Positions 51,626 through 60,777 of a DNA stretch of 64,000 nucleotides are shown here, piece by piece. The notes beneath the pieces are model-generated. The model saw only the letters and a program-made list of their open reading frames with translations, did no database searches and was not told the DNA's origin. How positions within the stretch are numbered: the first letter of the stretch is position 1; every line of letters starts with the position of its first letter. The stretch spans positions 192,001 to 256,000 of the forward strand of contig JAXHNB010000001.1 in the NCBI GenBank assembly GCA_034520945.1. Reading direction: 5' to 3'. A program made the translations under genes and the position numbers. This DNA comes from Trueperaceae bacterium. GTDB taxonomy: Bacteria; Deinococcota; Deinococci; Deinococcales; Trueperaceae.

Positions 51626-52288
51626 TCAGTCCAGCCCCGTCAGGCCTTCCTTGAGGGCGAACAGCGCGGCCTGGGTGCGGCTGGACAGGTGCAGCTTGGA
51701 GAGGATGCTGGAGACGTGCGTCTTGATCGTCACGTCGGAGACGTTCATGCGCCTTGCGATGTCCTTGTTGGAGAGGCCCTTCGCGAGCAGCCGCAGGGTT
51801 TCGGTCTCGCGGGCGGTGAGGCTCTCCCGCATCTCGGGGGTGCGGACCTCGCGCACCAGCCGTTTCTGGGCACGAGGGTCCAGCCGCACCTCGCCGCGGC
51901 TGGCCGCGCGGATGGCGTCGAAGAGGGCGTCCGGGCCGGTCTCCTTCAGCAGGTACCCCGCCGCGCCGGCCTCGACCGCGTCGATCACCATGCGGTCCTC
52001 CAGCACGCTGGTGAGCGCGACGATCTCCACCTCGGGCTGGTCGCGTTTGAGGGCGCGGATCGCCTCGACGCCGTTCATGACCGGCATCAGCAGGTCCATC
52101 AGCACCACGTCGGGCGCGTGCTCGGCGGCGGCGCGGATCGCCTCCTGGCCGTTGGCGGCCTCGCCGACCACCTCCATGTCGTCCTCCAGGCTCAGCACCA
52201 TGCGCAGTCCCTGCCGGACCACGGTGTGATCGTCGACCAGCAGCACCCGAATGGACGCCGTGGACGCCCCGTCTCGGTTCGCCGTCAT
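51626..52288 (-). CDS. NarL/LiaR-family response regulator
   Basis: LVDDH, DVVLMDL and LuxR HTH LTARE...GLSNKDIA...TIKTHVSSILSKL. Confidence 0.96.
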   Translation of the reverse strand: MTANRDGASTASIRVLLVDDHTVVRQGLRMVLSLEDDMEVVGEAANGQEAIRAAAEHAPDVVLMDLLMPVMNGVEAIRALKRDQPEVEIVALTSVLEDRMVIDAVEAGAAGYLLKETGPDALFDAIRAASRGEVRLDPRAQKRLVREVRTPEMRESLTARETETLRLLAKGLSNKDIARRMNVSDVTIKTHVSSILSKLHLSSRTQAALFALKEGLTGLD

Positions 52289-52322
52289 GGCGGCACCCTA
52301 CCCCGGGGCCTTCCGGCCGGCC

Positions 52323-52362
52323 TCCCCCTTTGGGTGGACGCGCGGCTCCGCCGCTTGGGCGA
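52323..52362. promoter_or_regulatory. Tandem LiaR-type operator boxes
   Basis: TCCCCCTTTGGGTGGA (52323-52338) and TCCGCCGCTTGGGCGA (52347-52362) both fit T-N4-C-N4-G-N4-A, spaced 24 bp apart. Confidence 0.55.
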
Positions 52363-52409
52363 GGATTCCCCCGTGGCGTTCTTGGCATCCTGGATGCATG
52401 GAGGCGAAC

Positions 52410-53213
52410 ATGAATCTCGATATCCGTGACCGCAACACGCAACTCGGCTTGGCGCTGGTCGCCATCGGCGCGTTGGCGCTGTTCTCCAACCTCGGCATCT
52501 TCGCCGGTTTCGGCCGGTTGGTGGGCCTGCTGATGTTCGGGGCGGCGGGGGTGGTGGTCCTCCGCGCCTACGGGCACGGCCAGAGCGAGGCGTGGGCGTT
52601 GCCGGTCGGGGCCGGCCTGATCGGCCTGGGCCTGGCCAGCCTGGACATGCCGTGGGGCGGCCCGGTGTTCCTGGCCGCGATCGGGGTCGGCTTCGTGATG
52701 GTGTTCCAGCGGGACGAGACGCGCTGGTGGGCGATCATCCCGGCCGGCGTGCTGCTGACGCTCGGGGCGACGGCCGCCTACGACGAGTGGTTGTTCCCCT
52801 CCGGCGCTGCCGGCGCCACGGTGTTCTTTCTCGGCCTGGCCGTCACCTTCGCGGCGTTGTACCTGATGCCGCAGGTGAACCAGGCCTGGGCGATCTGGCC
52901 GGCACTGGCGCTGGGCGTGGTCGGCGTGCTCAGTTTCAGCTTCCGCGGCGGTTGGCTGCTGCCCCTGATCCTGATCGTGGTCGGCGTGTGGCTGTTGACG
53001 CGCCAAGTCCGCCCCACCGACGTGAACGGTGGGCTGGGGCCGGTGCCGCCTGGGGTTTCGCCGGGGGAGAGGCAGCAGGCGCCGGGCGGCGGGGAGCACG
53101 CCGGGCCGCCGCAGGGCGACGCCGCCACCGACGCACAGGGCAGCACGGTGCCACGGGACGACGCGGCCGGCGGCGAGGACCCGCACCGTCGGAACGGTCC
53201 GAGCGGTTCGTGA
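52410..53213 (+). CDS. Polytopic membrane protein, probable target of the two-component system
   Basis: Repeated W-A-x-x-P-x-G helices (WALPVG, WAIIPAG, WAIWPA); GGAGG RBS. Confidence 0.8.
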   Translation: MNLDIRDRNTQLGLALVAIGALALFSNLGIFAGFGRLVGLLMFGAAGVVVLRAYGHGQSEAWALPVGAGLIGLGLASLDMPWGGPVFLAAIGVGFVMVFQRDETRWWAIIPAGVLLTLGATAAYDEWLFPSGAAGATVFFLGLAVTFAALYLMPQVNQAWAIWPALALGVVGVLSFSFRGGWLLPLILIVVGVWLLTRQVRPTDVNGGLGPVPPGVSPGERQQAPGGGEHAGPPQGDAATDAQGSTVPRDDAAGGEDPHRRNGPSGS

Positions 53214-53291
53214 GCGCATCGGCGTTCGGCGCGCCCGTCCCGATGGGCGTGCCGGCCGCCTCGGGCGGCCGGTCGCCGCCGATGTCCTGCC

Positions 53292-54836
53292 CTACGAGGG
53301 GGGCGTGACCTCCACGATCGGCTGTGCCAGGATCCACAGGCTGGCCACGGTGTAGGCCACCATGAGCAGCATCATCGGGATCTGGCTCCGCAGGGCGGCG
53401 CGGTGCGTCGGAAAGGTGCGCATCGCCACCACGTGCGCGAGGTACACCGCAATGATGTGTCCCACCACGATGGCGATCACCGCCGTCCACCAGGTGAAGC
53501 GCGGCCCGACCACGCCGATGTCGATGCCGCGTCCGGCCGTGCCGAACAGGTCCCAGCCGAGCCCCAGCGGGTCGGAGGCGACCGGAAGCAGCAGTTGCGA
53601 CTGCACCAACAGGTAGCTCAGGTAGTGCGCCAGGTGGTAGGCCAGCGCGATCGGCACCAGCGTCAGCACGAAGGCGCGCGCTGCGGGGAACACCGTCACG
53701 CGCGCGCCGGCGGCGGCCTGCATCAGCGCGCAGGTGAGCAGGTACGCCGACAGGAAGAGCAGCGGGAACGCCAGCAGCCCCAACGTGCCGATGACGGTGA
53801 CGTTGGGGAGGACGGCGTAGAGGTCGCCCACCATGCCGGACCACATCGGCGTGGCCGTGAAGCCGTCGAAGGTGACGGTGGAGAGCAACAGGATGGTCAG
53901 CACCGTCAGCGACGTCGACACGGGTCGTCCGCTCAGCAGGCCGACCGCGAACGGCCGCAGGTTCCACTGCCGCTGCGCGAGCGGCGCCGCCTCGAAGCAG
54001 GCATGACAGTTCACGCAGCCGCCGGCCTCGTCGCGGCCCCACGTGGCCTCGTCATGGCAGGCGGAGGCGTCGGTGACGCGCACCTCGGTCGGCGCGAACC
54101 GCGCCAGCAGGCCGAACACCTGCGTGAACGCCTCGCCGTGGCGCAGCCAGGCATGCTTGCCGAACAGCAGCATGCCGGCCCAGGTGAGGCCCGAGTACAC
54201 CAGCGTGAAGGTGACGACGCTGCTGGGTCGGGCCGGCGCCAGGAACACCAACTCCACCCACGCGAACGCCAGGAACAGGGCCACGGCGGGCCACACGCCC
54301 AGCCGGCGCGGGTAGGGGAGGCCCAACGACAGTGAGGCGTCGGGGTCGGCGCGGCGCAGCGCCGCTTCCGCCCACTCGTACAGGGTCGTCCACGGATTCA
54401 GGAGCCGCCACACGTCGCCGAGCAGCGCGCTGGCGTAGGCGACACCGACCCACCAGAACACCCACACCACCAGCGGCGCCAGGTTTCGCTCGGGCCGTGG
54501 CGGGCCGAACAGGCCGGTCACGATCACCAGCACGAACACCGCCACGGACAAGGTGCGCAGCGTCGTCACGACGGGCCGGCTGGCCAGCAGCCGGACGCCG
54601 GGCACGCGCAGCAGGTTCAGGCGCGGGTAGCGCGCGGGCGAACCGCCCCGCAGGAAGAACGCCACCACCACGAACGACAGAAGCACGGCCGCTCCGGCCC
54701 CCAGCAGGTACAGGCGCAGCGGGACCGGCAGGTCGTAGCGCTCCCCCAGGCCGTGCGCCAGCGCCCACGAGCCCAGGGTAGAACCGGCCGCCGCGGCCGC
54801 GACACGGCGCGTGACCGCCAGGAACCGGCCGCCCAT
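53292..54836 (-). CDS. His-rich polytopic membrane protein (family commonly labelled 'fenitrothion hydrolase'/FedB-like; function unknown)
   Basis: ALA-HGLGERYDLPVP N-terminus, WVFWWVG, W-x-x-L-N-P-W, TVTFDG, PIALAYHLAHY, SDPLG and GHIIAVYLAH motifs. Confidence 0.75.
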   Translation of the reverse strand: MGGRFLAVTRRVAAAAAGSTLGSWALAHGLGERYDLPVPLRLYLLGAGAAVLLSFVVVAFFLRGGSPARYPRLNLLRVPGVRLLASRPVVTTLRTLSVAVFVLVIVTGLFGPPRPERNLAPLVVWVFWWVGVAYASALLGDVWRLLNPWTTLYEWAEAALRRADPDASLSLGLPYPRRLGVWPAVALFLAFAWVELVFLAPARPSSVVTFTLVYSGLTWAGMLLFGKHAWLRHGEAFTQVFGLLARFAPTEVRVTDASACHDEATWGRDEAGGCVNCHACFEAAPLAQRQWNLRPFAVGLLSGRPVSTSLTVLTILLLSTVTFDGFTATPMWSGMVGDLYAVLPNVTVIGTLGLLAFPLLFLSAYLLTCALMQAAAGARVTVFPAARAFVLTLVPIALAYHLAHYLSYLLVQSQLLLPVASDPLGLGWDLFGTAGRGIDIGVVGPRFTWWTAVIAIVVGHIIAVYLAHVVAMRTFPTHRAALRSQIPMMLLMVAYTVASLWILAQPIVEVTPPS

Positions 54837-54837
54837 C

Positions 54838-55695
54838 CTAGGGGTGGACTTCGAGGTAGGCGATCGTCACGCCGTCCGCTTCGCCCTCGGGGTGCAGCTC
54901 CATCGGGAACCTGCCGGGCGCCGTTGCTTCGACGAGGGCGACGGTCTCCGTGCCGGCCGTCAATGCCCAGTCGCCGCCCAGACCGTGCAGGTGCAGCTCG
55001 CCCGACGCCTCCGAGGCGAAGGTGAACGCCACCGTGTCGCCCTGCTGCACGCGGTGCGTCTGGGCGCCGCCGACCGCGCCGCCCTCGGGGCCGATCTCGA
55101 TCGAGATTCGTACGGCCTCCTCGGGCACCGCAGGGGCGTCGGCTGCGGCTCCCTCGTCGTGGGCCTCCTCCTCATTCGCGTGCTCGTGAACTGCGTCGTC
55201 TCCGTGCGCCTCCGCCGCGTGCCCGCCGTCCGACGCCAGGGCCGACGAGATGGCGTGCGATAAAACGTGCTGCGCGTCGTGCGCGCGGGTGGCAGCGTCG
55301 GCGGCGGCGTCCACGTCCTCGGCGCGGAGGGCGGCCTCCAGGTCGCGGGCGTCCGCCAGAAAGGCCTGCACCGGGTCGCGCAGCCCTTCGGGCCACGACA
55401 CGGCCTCCACGCTCAGGACGGCGGCGTGCACCGTCTCCGCGAAGCGGGGATCCATCTCGCCGGCGGCCAGGGCGTCGTCGATGGCGTGAAACGCGGCCGC
55501 CTCCAGGTGGCGTTGGGCCAGCAGGGGCCCGTGCCGCAGCTGGGCCTCCTCCAGCGCCGCGACGCGCGCGCGGAGGCGTTCGACCTCGGCCTCCAGGGCC
55601 TCCAGGCGCTCGGCCGGGTCCTGTGCGAGTGCGCTGCCGAGCACGAGCGCCACGGCCAGCACACCGAGTATGCGCAACGTTCGGGATGGAACCAT
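54838..55695 (-). CDS. Exported protein: coiled coil, His-bearing helical domain, His-rich linker and cupredoxin-like domain
   Basis: Signal peptide ALA-Q; FHAID...AHDAQHVLSH; C-terminal VQQGDTV...ELHLHG...PGRFPMELH. Confidence 0.75.
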   Translation of the reverse strand: MVPSRTLRILGVLAVALVLGSALAQDPAERLEALEAEVERLRARVAALEEAQLRHGPLLAQRHLEAAAFHAIDDALAAGEMDPRFAETVHAAVLSVEAVSWPEGLRDPVQAFLADARDLEAALRAEDVDAAADAATRAHDAQHVLSHAISSALASDGGHAAEAHGDDAVHEHANEEEAHDEGAAADAPAVPEEAVRISIEIGPEGGAVGGAQTHRVQQGDTVAFTFASEASGELHLHGLGGDWALTAGTETVALVEATAPGRFPMELHPEGEADGVTIAYLEVHP

Positions 55696-55780
55696 GTCAC
55701 GCCTCACCTTCCGATAGGACTTGCGGGGCACGGGCAGAGGATTCGCACGCGCCCCGCGTATTCGCACCACGCCCTCGCCG

Positions 55781-56401
55781 TCAGTCGCCCGCCTGGGGGT
55801 GCCAGCTGGGGCGGGCTCGCTCCAGAATCTCTCCCAGCGTGGCGTACTGCGTGCCGGCAAGGCGTGCGACCGGCGACAGGGCCCGCACGTCGATCCGGCC
55901 CCCCTCCAGGACCAGATCGTCGCGCAGGTGGGCGATCAGGGCCCGGCCGAACACCACGGTGTTGCCGCCCGGTGCCACCTCGTAGGTGTGCACCACCTCG
56001 CACTCGAACGCCACCGGCGCCGCGGCCAGGCGTGGGGGCCGCACCCTCTCGGAGGGGACCGCCTCGAGGTCGGCGTAGGCGAACTCGTCCTCGCCCGGCG
56101 GGGCGTCGATGCTGGTGGCGTTCATGGCGTCCAGCAGCTCCGTACCGGCGATGTGGGCCACGAACTGACCGGTGGCGAGGGCGTTGGCCGCGGAGTCCTT
56201 GGGAAGCCCGTTGCGGCGGCCGCCCGAGAACATCAGCGTAGGCGGGCTGGCCGACACCACGTTGAAGAACGAGAACGGCGCCAGGTTGCGGCGCCCCTCC
56301 TCGTCCACGGTGGCGATCCACCCGATCGGGCGCGGGACGACGGTGCCGGTGAGCAGCTTGTAGCGGTCGCGGGGGGCCATGTCGGCCAGTTCGAAACGCA
56401 T
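55781..56401 (-). CDS. Flavin reductase family (DIM6/NTAB) protein
   Basis: VVPRPIGWI, NLAPFSFFN, KDS and VARLAG motifs. Confidence 0.92.
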   Translation of the reverse strand: MRFELADMAPRDRYKLLTGTVVPRPIGWIATVDEEGRRNLAPFSFFNVVSASPPTLMFSGGRRNGLPKDSAANALATGQFVAHIAGTELLDAMNATSIDAPPGEDEFAYADLEAVPSERVRPPRLAAAPVAFECEVVHTYEVAPGGNTVVFGRALIAHLRDDLVLEGGRIDVRALSPVARLAGTQYATLGEILERARPSWHPQAGD

Positions 56402-56620
56402 GCGGTACGCTACCGCCGCCTCCCCGGCGCGTGGGTCGCCCGGGCGCGTTCGGTGCCGGTGGGTGGGCCGCCTGCATGCGCGCCGGGGTGCTTGCGCAAC
56501 GGCCCGCCGGTGCGCTATGGTCAGCAGGCTATGACGCGGCCGGCAACGGTCGCGCCGCCCGCGGGACGTTTCGGACCCGGGGCGTCCTCGCACAAGCGGA
56601 TTTCAGCCCGGGAGTGAATC

Positions 56621-57043
56621 ATGAACTACAACAAAGGCGCCATCCTGCGCTCGATCGAGCAACCCGCTCTCCGTGACGACCTGCCCGAGTTCGACACGGG
56701 CGATACCGTCCGCGTCGACTACAAGGTGGTCGAGGGGAACCGCAGCCGCATCCAGTCGTTCGAAGGCGTCGTCATCGCCCGCAAGCACGGCCGCGGCGCG
56801 CGTTCCACCATCACCGTCCGCAAGGTCAGCTTCGGGACGGGCGTCGAGCGGGTGTTCCCGCTCTCCTCGCCCCTGATCGACAAGGTGCTGATCGTGCGTC
56901 GCGGACGCACCCGCCGCGCCAAGCTGTACTACCTGCGCGAGCGCCGCGGCAAGGCCGCCCGCCTCAAGGTCGACGTGGCCCGGCAGGAGAAGGACCGCGC
57001 CGCCGCCCGCGAAGCCCGCGGGGGTGGCAAGAAGCGCGGCTGA
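56621..57043 (+). CDS. rplS: 50S ribosomal protein L19
   Basis: [23 protein letters not shown] and RRAKLYYLR motifs. Confidence 0.99.
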   Translation: MNYNKGAILRSIEQPALRDDLPEFDTGDTVRVDYKVVEGNRSRIQSFEGVVIARKHGRGARSTITVRKVSFGTGVERVFPLSSPLIDKVLIVRRGRTRRAKLYYLRERRGKAARLKVDVARQEKDRAAAREARGGGKKRG

Positions 57044-57073
57044 GTTCGGCACGGACCGAGGAACACGCAGCAC

Positions 57074-57110
57074 GTTCGCGCCCCCGCTCGTCACGAGCGG
57101 GGGCGCGAAC
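57074..57110. terminator. Perfect 17-bp inverted repeat between convergent genes (bidirectional terminator candidate)
   Basis: GTTCGCGCCCCCGCTCG-TCA-CGAGCGGGGGCGCGAAC. Confidence 0.75.
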
Positions 57111-57168
57111 GGTCCGGGTGGCTCACGGGAACGACCGTCGAAACCGGGCGCTGCGCGCTGCCGATCGA

Positions 57169-58986
57169 TCAGGGCAGCACGTTCAGCCGCGACACGACCA
57201 ACTGCCCGCGCCGCCCGGTGTCGTCCCGGAGGGGCGTCGCCAGGAGCGGCACGCCCTGCTCGGTCGTGGCGAGGTCCAATGACCAGAGGAACGGCTCGTA
57301 TGCGTCGATCGGCGCGCCGACCTGCCGAAAGGCGAAACCGTCCCATGCGCGGACGTGATAGGTGCTCGTAGGACCGTCCGGATCTTCGCGTTCCTCGACC
57401 CATGCGACGACCGGTTGCCCCTCGGCACCGATTGCCACGGTACCGTAGCGCACCTCGGGTTTCGATTTCCCGCCGATGGCGTCGACGAACGACCACGCCC
57501 CCGCCGAAGGATCCCAGGTCCGGACGTTCAGGAGCCTGGTGCTGCTGCGTGCGTCGATGAACGACAGATAGACGGACGCGTCGTCGGCGACCGCGAGTCG
57601 CGGGGAGAGGGCGTCCTCGTCCACGGCGCTCGTGAAGCCGCTTCCGAGCGCCTCCCAGCTGGTCCCGTTCCAGCGATCGACGAACACGTCGTAGGTTTCC
57701 CTGTCGGCGTCGACGGCCTGACTCCATGCGACCAGCGGCCGCTGCATGGCGTCGAACGCCAGCACGGGCCAGCCGAGCACGTCGTGTCCCGTCCGGTCGC
57801 GGGCGTCACCGACGAGAGCCCAGTCCTCCCCCGTCCACCGGGCCACGTAGACGTTCCGGTCCGAGCCGTTGCCCTCCGACCAGGCGATCCAGGGACGGTC
57901 GTCGGCGTCGAGGGCCATGACGACCCTATATGTGGGCGCATCCGGGTCGACGTTGTACCCACCTCCGAGGCCCTGCCACGCGGTTCCGTCCCAGCGCTGC
58001 ACGTGCCCGAGCCCTCGAACCGGCTGGGTCCAGGCGACGATGGGCGCGCCCGTGCCGTCGACGGCGATGTCGGGCACGCCGTACATGGGGCCAAAGCGGT
58101 CGGGGTCGTCGCTCAGCGACGACCCGAGCTGAACCCACGCCTCCCCGTCCCAGCGCTTGACGTACAGGTCGACGGGCGGGGTCGAGTCGGCGTCGTCCTC
58201 CCTCCAGATCACCACGGGATGCTCGTCGTGGTCCAACGCGATGCGCGGCACGTGCGCTCGGATGTTCGGGTCGACGTTCAGCGGAGCGCCCAGCCGCTGC
58301 CACACGGGCAGCGACCACGACCACGGGTCGGGGGCCAGGAGGGGATTGCCCGCCAGGTCGGTGATGGCATCCGCGAGCGACAGCTGCAGAACGGCAGGCG
58401 CCGTAGGAACGAGGTCTGGCTGGACATTGGCCACGCGCCCGTCGTTCGACAGTTCGACGGTGACGTCGACGACCGTCCCGCCTACCCTCTCCAAGGTCAC
58501 CGCCGCCGGCGACAGCGTGCTCGCGTCGATGCGCTCGGAGAAGGTGACCTCGATGGGATCGCCGACCCACACCTGTTCCTGTCCGGGACTCGGCGTGCGC
58601 GACGTGACGTGCGGCCGGGTCCTGTCCACCACGATCGTCCTCGCCTCGCTTGCCTTCGACGCCGTCCCTTGGCGTGCGACCGCGGTCAGCTCGTAGCTTC
58701 CTTCCGGTTCCGAACGCGTGTCCCAGAGGTACGTGTAGGGCGGCGTCAGCACGACCAGCAGCACTCCATCGCGATGCAACTCGACCGCGTCGACCTGGCC
58801 GGTGACGGACACCTGGATCGTGACGTCGTCGCGTACGTAGGCGGTGGAACTGGGGCTGGTGAGCGAAACGCCGAAGCTGCCGGGCTCGTTCCCGTTGCCC
58901 GCCTCCTGGCACGACGCCAGCACAGCGAAACAGGCAAGGCCCACGAGCCACGCCCTCGGGGCGAAGTGACGAGCGACTCGGTGCAT
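57169..58986 (-). CDS. Surface lipoprotein with two bacterial Ig-like domains and a beta-propeller-like repeat region
   Basis: Lipobox LASC; PPYTYLWDT, VTFSE and DLAGN Ig-like motifs; repeated V-x-R-W-D-G-x-x-W blades. Confidence 0.8.
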   Translation of the reverse strand: MHRVARHFAPRAWLVGLACFAVLASCQEAGNGNEPGSFGVSLTSPSSTAYVRDDVTIQVSVTGQVDAVELHRDGVLLVVLTPPYTYLWDTRSEPEGSYELTAVARQGTASKASEARTIVVDRTRPHVTSRTPSPGQEQVWVGDPIEVTFSERIDASTLSPAAVTLERVGGTVVDVTVELSNDGRVANVQPDLVPTAPAVLQLSLADAITDLAGNPLLAPDPWSWSLPVWQRLGAPLNVDPNIRAHVPRIALDHDEHPVVIWREDDADSTPPVDLYVKRWDGEAWVQLGSSLSDDPDRFGPMYGVPDIAVDGTGAPIVAWTQPVRGLGHVQRWDGTAWQGLGGGYNVDPDAPTYRVVMALDADDRPWIAWSEGNGSDRNVYVARWTGEDWALVGDARDRTGHDVLGWPVLAFDAMQRPLVAWSQAVDADRETYDVFVDRWNGTSWEALGSGFTSAVDEDALSPRLAVADDASVYLSFIDARSSTRLLNVRTWDPSAGAWSFVDAIGGKSKPEVRYGTVAIGAEGQPVVAWVEEREDPDGPTSTYHVRAWDGFAFRQVGAPIDAYEPFLWSLDLATTEQGVPLLATPLRDDTGRRGQLVVSRLNVLP

Positions 58987-59291
58987 GTCCATCCCCTTCC
59001 ACCAACGCGAGAACGATCGTCAGGCGCGACGCGGGGCGGACGGGCCGACGAACGGTGGGGCGTTCGATCGAGCCCGTGCGGTGAAGGGGAGCGGACGCCG
59101 CCGAGCGGCCCGCGCCTGCTGTGCCTGCAGTATAGGACTTCGGAGGCGCCGGCCCTCCCCCAGGTGTCATGCGGGCTGGGGGTTGCACATGCATGCGAGG
59201 CGCGCATGTCGATGCGCCCCCTTCGTGTCGAGAAGCCGCAGCAGGCCAGCAAGCGTGGCCTTGCGGGGCGCGCCGACCGCGCGTTTCGTGC

Positions 59292-59320
59292 TTGACACGC
59301 CTGCGCCCTGCCGATACACT
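59292..59320 (+). promoter_or_regulatory. Sigma70 promoter of tRNA-Ala
   Basis: TTGACA-N17-TACACT. Confidence 0.85.
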
Positions 59321-59349
59321 CTCATTTGCTTGCGCGTCAAGCGCATCGT

Positions 59350-59425
<76 letters not shown>

Positions 59426-59615
59426 CATCGCACAGCCGTTCAGGACGGCGATGGTAGCGTCCGCCCCCTGCGATTGGGGGCGGTTCTCATGGCACGCGGC
59501 GCGGGCAGCGCCTCGCTTTCCGCGCCGGTTCGTTGCGTGAGCGTCGTGCCACGCTTCGCCTTCGGTGCCGCGAACGCGACGGTCCAGATCCCCTTCGGCC
59601 CTCGATCGCACGCCG

Positions 59616-59800
59616 TCAGCGGCCGCGGCGGTGAACAGATAGCGGTCGAGTTGCAGCGAACGGATCGCTCGGATCGATGTCGAGCGTGTCGGCGATGGTG
59701 GTGGCGAAGGCGGCTTGGCCGACCGCGGTGACGAGTTCGATGATGTCGGCATCGTTGAAGCCGGTTGTGCGGAGGGCGTCGAGGTGCAAACGAGCGCTCG
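59616..59800 (-). pseudogene. C-terminal remnant of an AhpD/CMD peroxidase-related protein
   Basis: HLDALRTTGFNDADIIELVTAVG...IADTLDIDP matches the AhpD-like C-terminus; no recognisable N-terminal part. Confidence 0.5.
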
Positions 59801-60073
59801 CGTGCCCTCCACGCGGGCTAGGATGGACTCCACACGTTCCCAAGGTGGCGTGGGGTGGCCCCATGACCCGGGGGGAGGTTCGACTCGTGGTGGTCCCTCG
59901 TTTCGCCGTGCTCGCGTCCGGGTCCTCGGGCCGCCCTGCGCGCTACGGGCGCGGTGCAGCGCATCCGTGCACCGCGCCGACTGACGCCCTGGGAGCCCGC
60001 GTCCATGCCTCTGGGCCGGTCCTTGGACGTCGTTTGGCCCCGACGGGCACGCCATGAGGGGTCGCGTGCCCCG

Positions 60074-60777
60074 ATGACGGGCTCGGCACCAGCCCCGAAT
60101 GCGCCGGCGCGGCTCGAGGCCGATCGCATCGCGCGTAGCTACGACCGCGGCCGCATCCACGCGCTTCGCGGCGCAAGCCTGAGCGTCGCGCCGGAGGAGG
60201 CCGTGGCCGTGATCGGCCCGAGCGGAAGCGGCAAGTCCACGCTGTTGCACCTGCTCGCGGGCCTCGACACGCCGACGGAAGGGCAGGTGCGCATCGATGG
60301 GCGTCGGCCCGCCGGGCTGCGCGCTTGGCGGCGCTTGCGCGCCCATCGCATCGGGTTCGTGTTCCAGGCGTACCACCTGCTCCCAGCACTCACGGCGCTC
60401 GAGAACGTGCAGGTTCCGATGATGGGCGTGGAACACGATGCGCGCCGCCGCCGCGTCCGTGCCACGGAACTGCTCGAGGGCGTTGGCCTGGGGGGCGCGG
60501 GTCGCACCGTCCGAGCGAGCTGTCGGGGGGCGAGCGGCAGCGCGTGGCGATCGCGCGCGCGCTTGCCAACGCGCCCGACATGATCCTCGCCGACGAGCCC
60601 ACCGGCAACCTCGATACCACCGCCTCCGAGGCGATCCTGGCGCTGCTCGGCGAGGTGCGGCGCGAGCGACGAGCCACCCTCGTCCTGGTCACGCACGACC
60701 GCGACGTCGCGGCCGGGGTGGACCGGATCCTACGACTCGTGGACGGGCGCGTGGTGGGGGAGGAAGAGGGTCCGTGA
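60074..60777 (+). pseudogene. LolD/MacB-type ABC ATPase, frameshifted (real or sequencing error)
   Basis: GPSGSGKST and IGFVFQ lie in one frame, [15 protein letters not shown] and [10 protein letters not shown] in another; adding one G to the G run at 60490-60495 joins them. Confidence 0.8.

Noticed and set aside
53997..54017. CVNCH as a heme c attachment site in the FedB-like protein
   Set aside because: It is part of a CxxCxxC cluster with another upstream Cys, better explained as an Fe-S or metal site; topology is unknown, so it is not called a cytochrome
59877..59886. GGTTCGACTC T-loop-like word as a second tRNA or att site
   Set aside because: No flanking T-stem, acceptor stem or anticodon arm, and it does not match the tRNA-Ala 3' end
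60490..60495. Programmed frameshift or phase-variable poly-G tract in the ABC ATPase
   Set aside because: The run is only 6 G and neighbouring genes show similar indels, so error or decay is the simpler explanation
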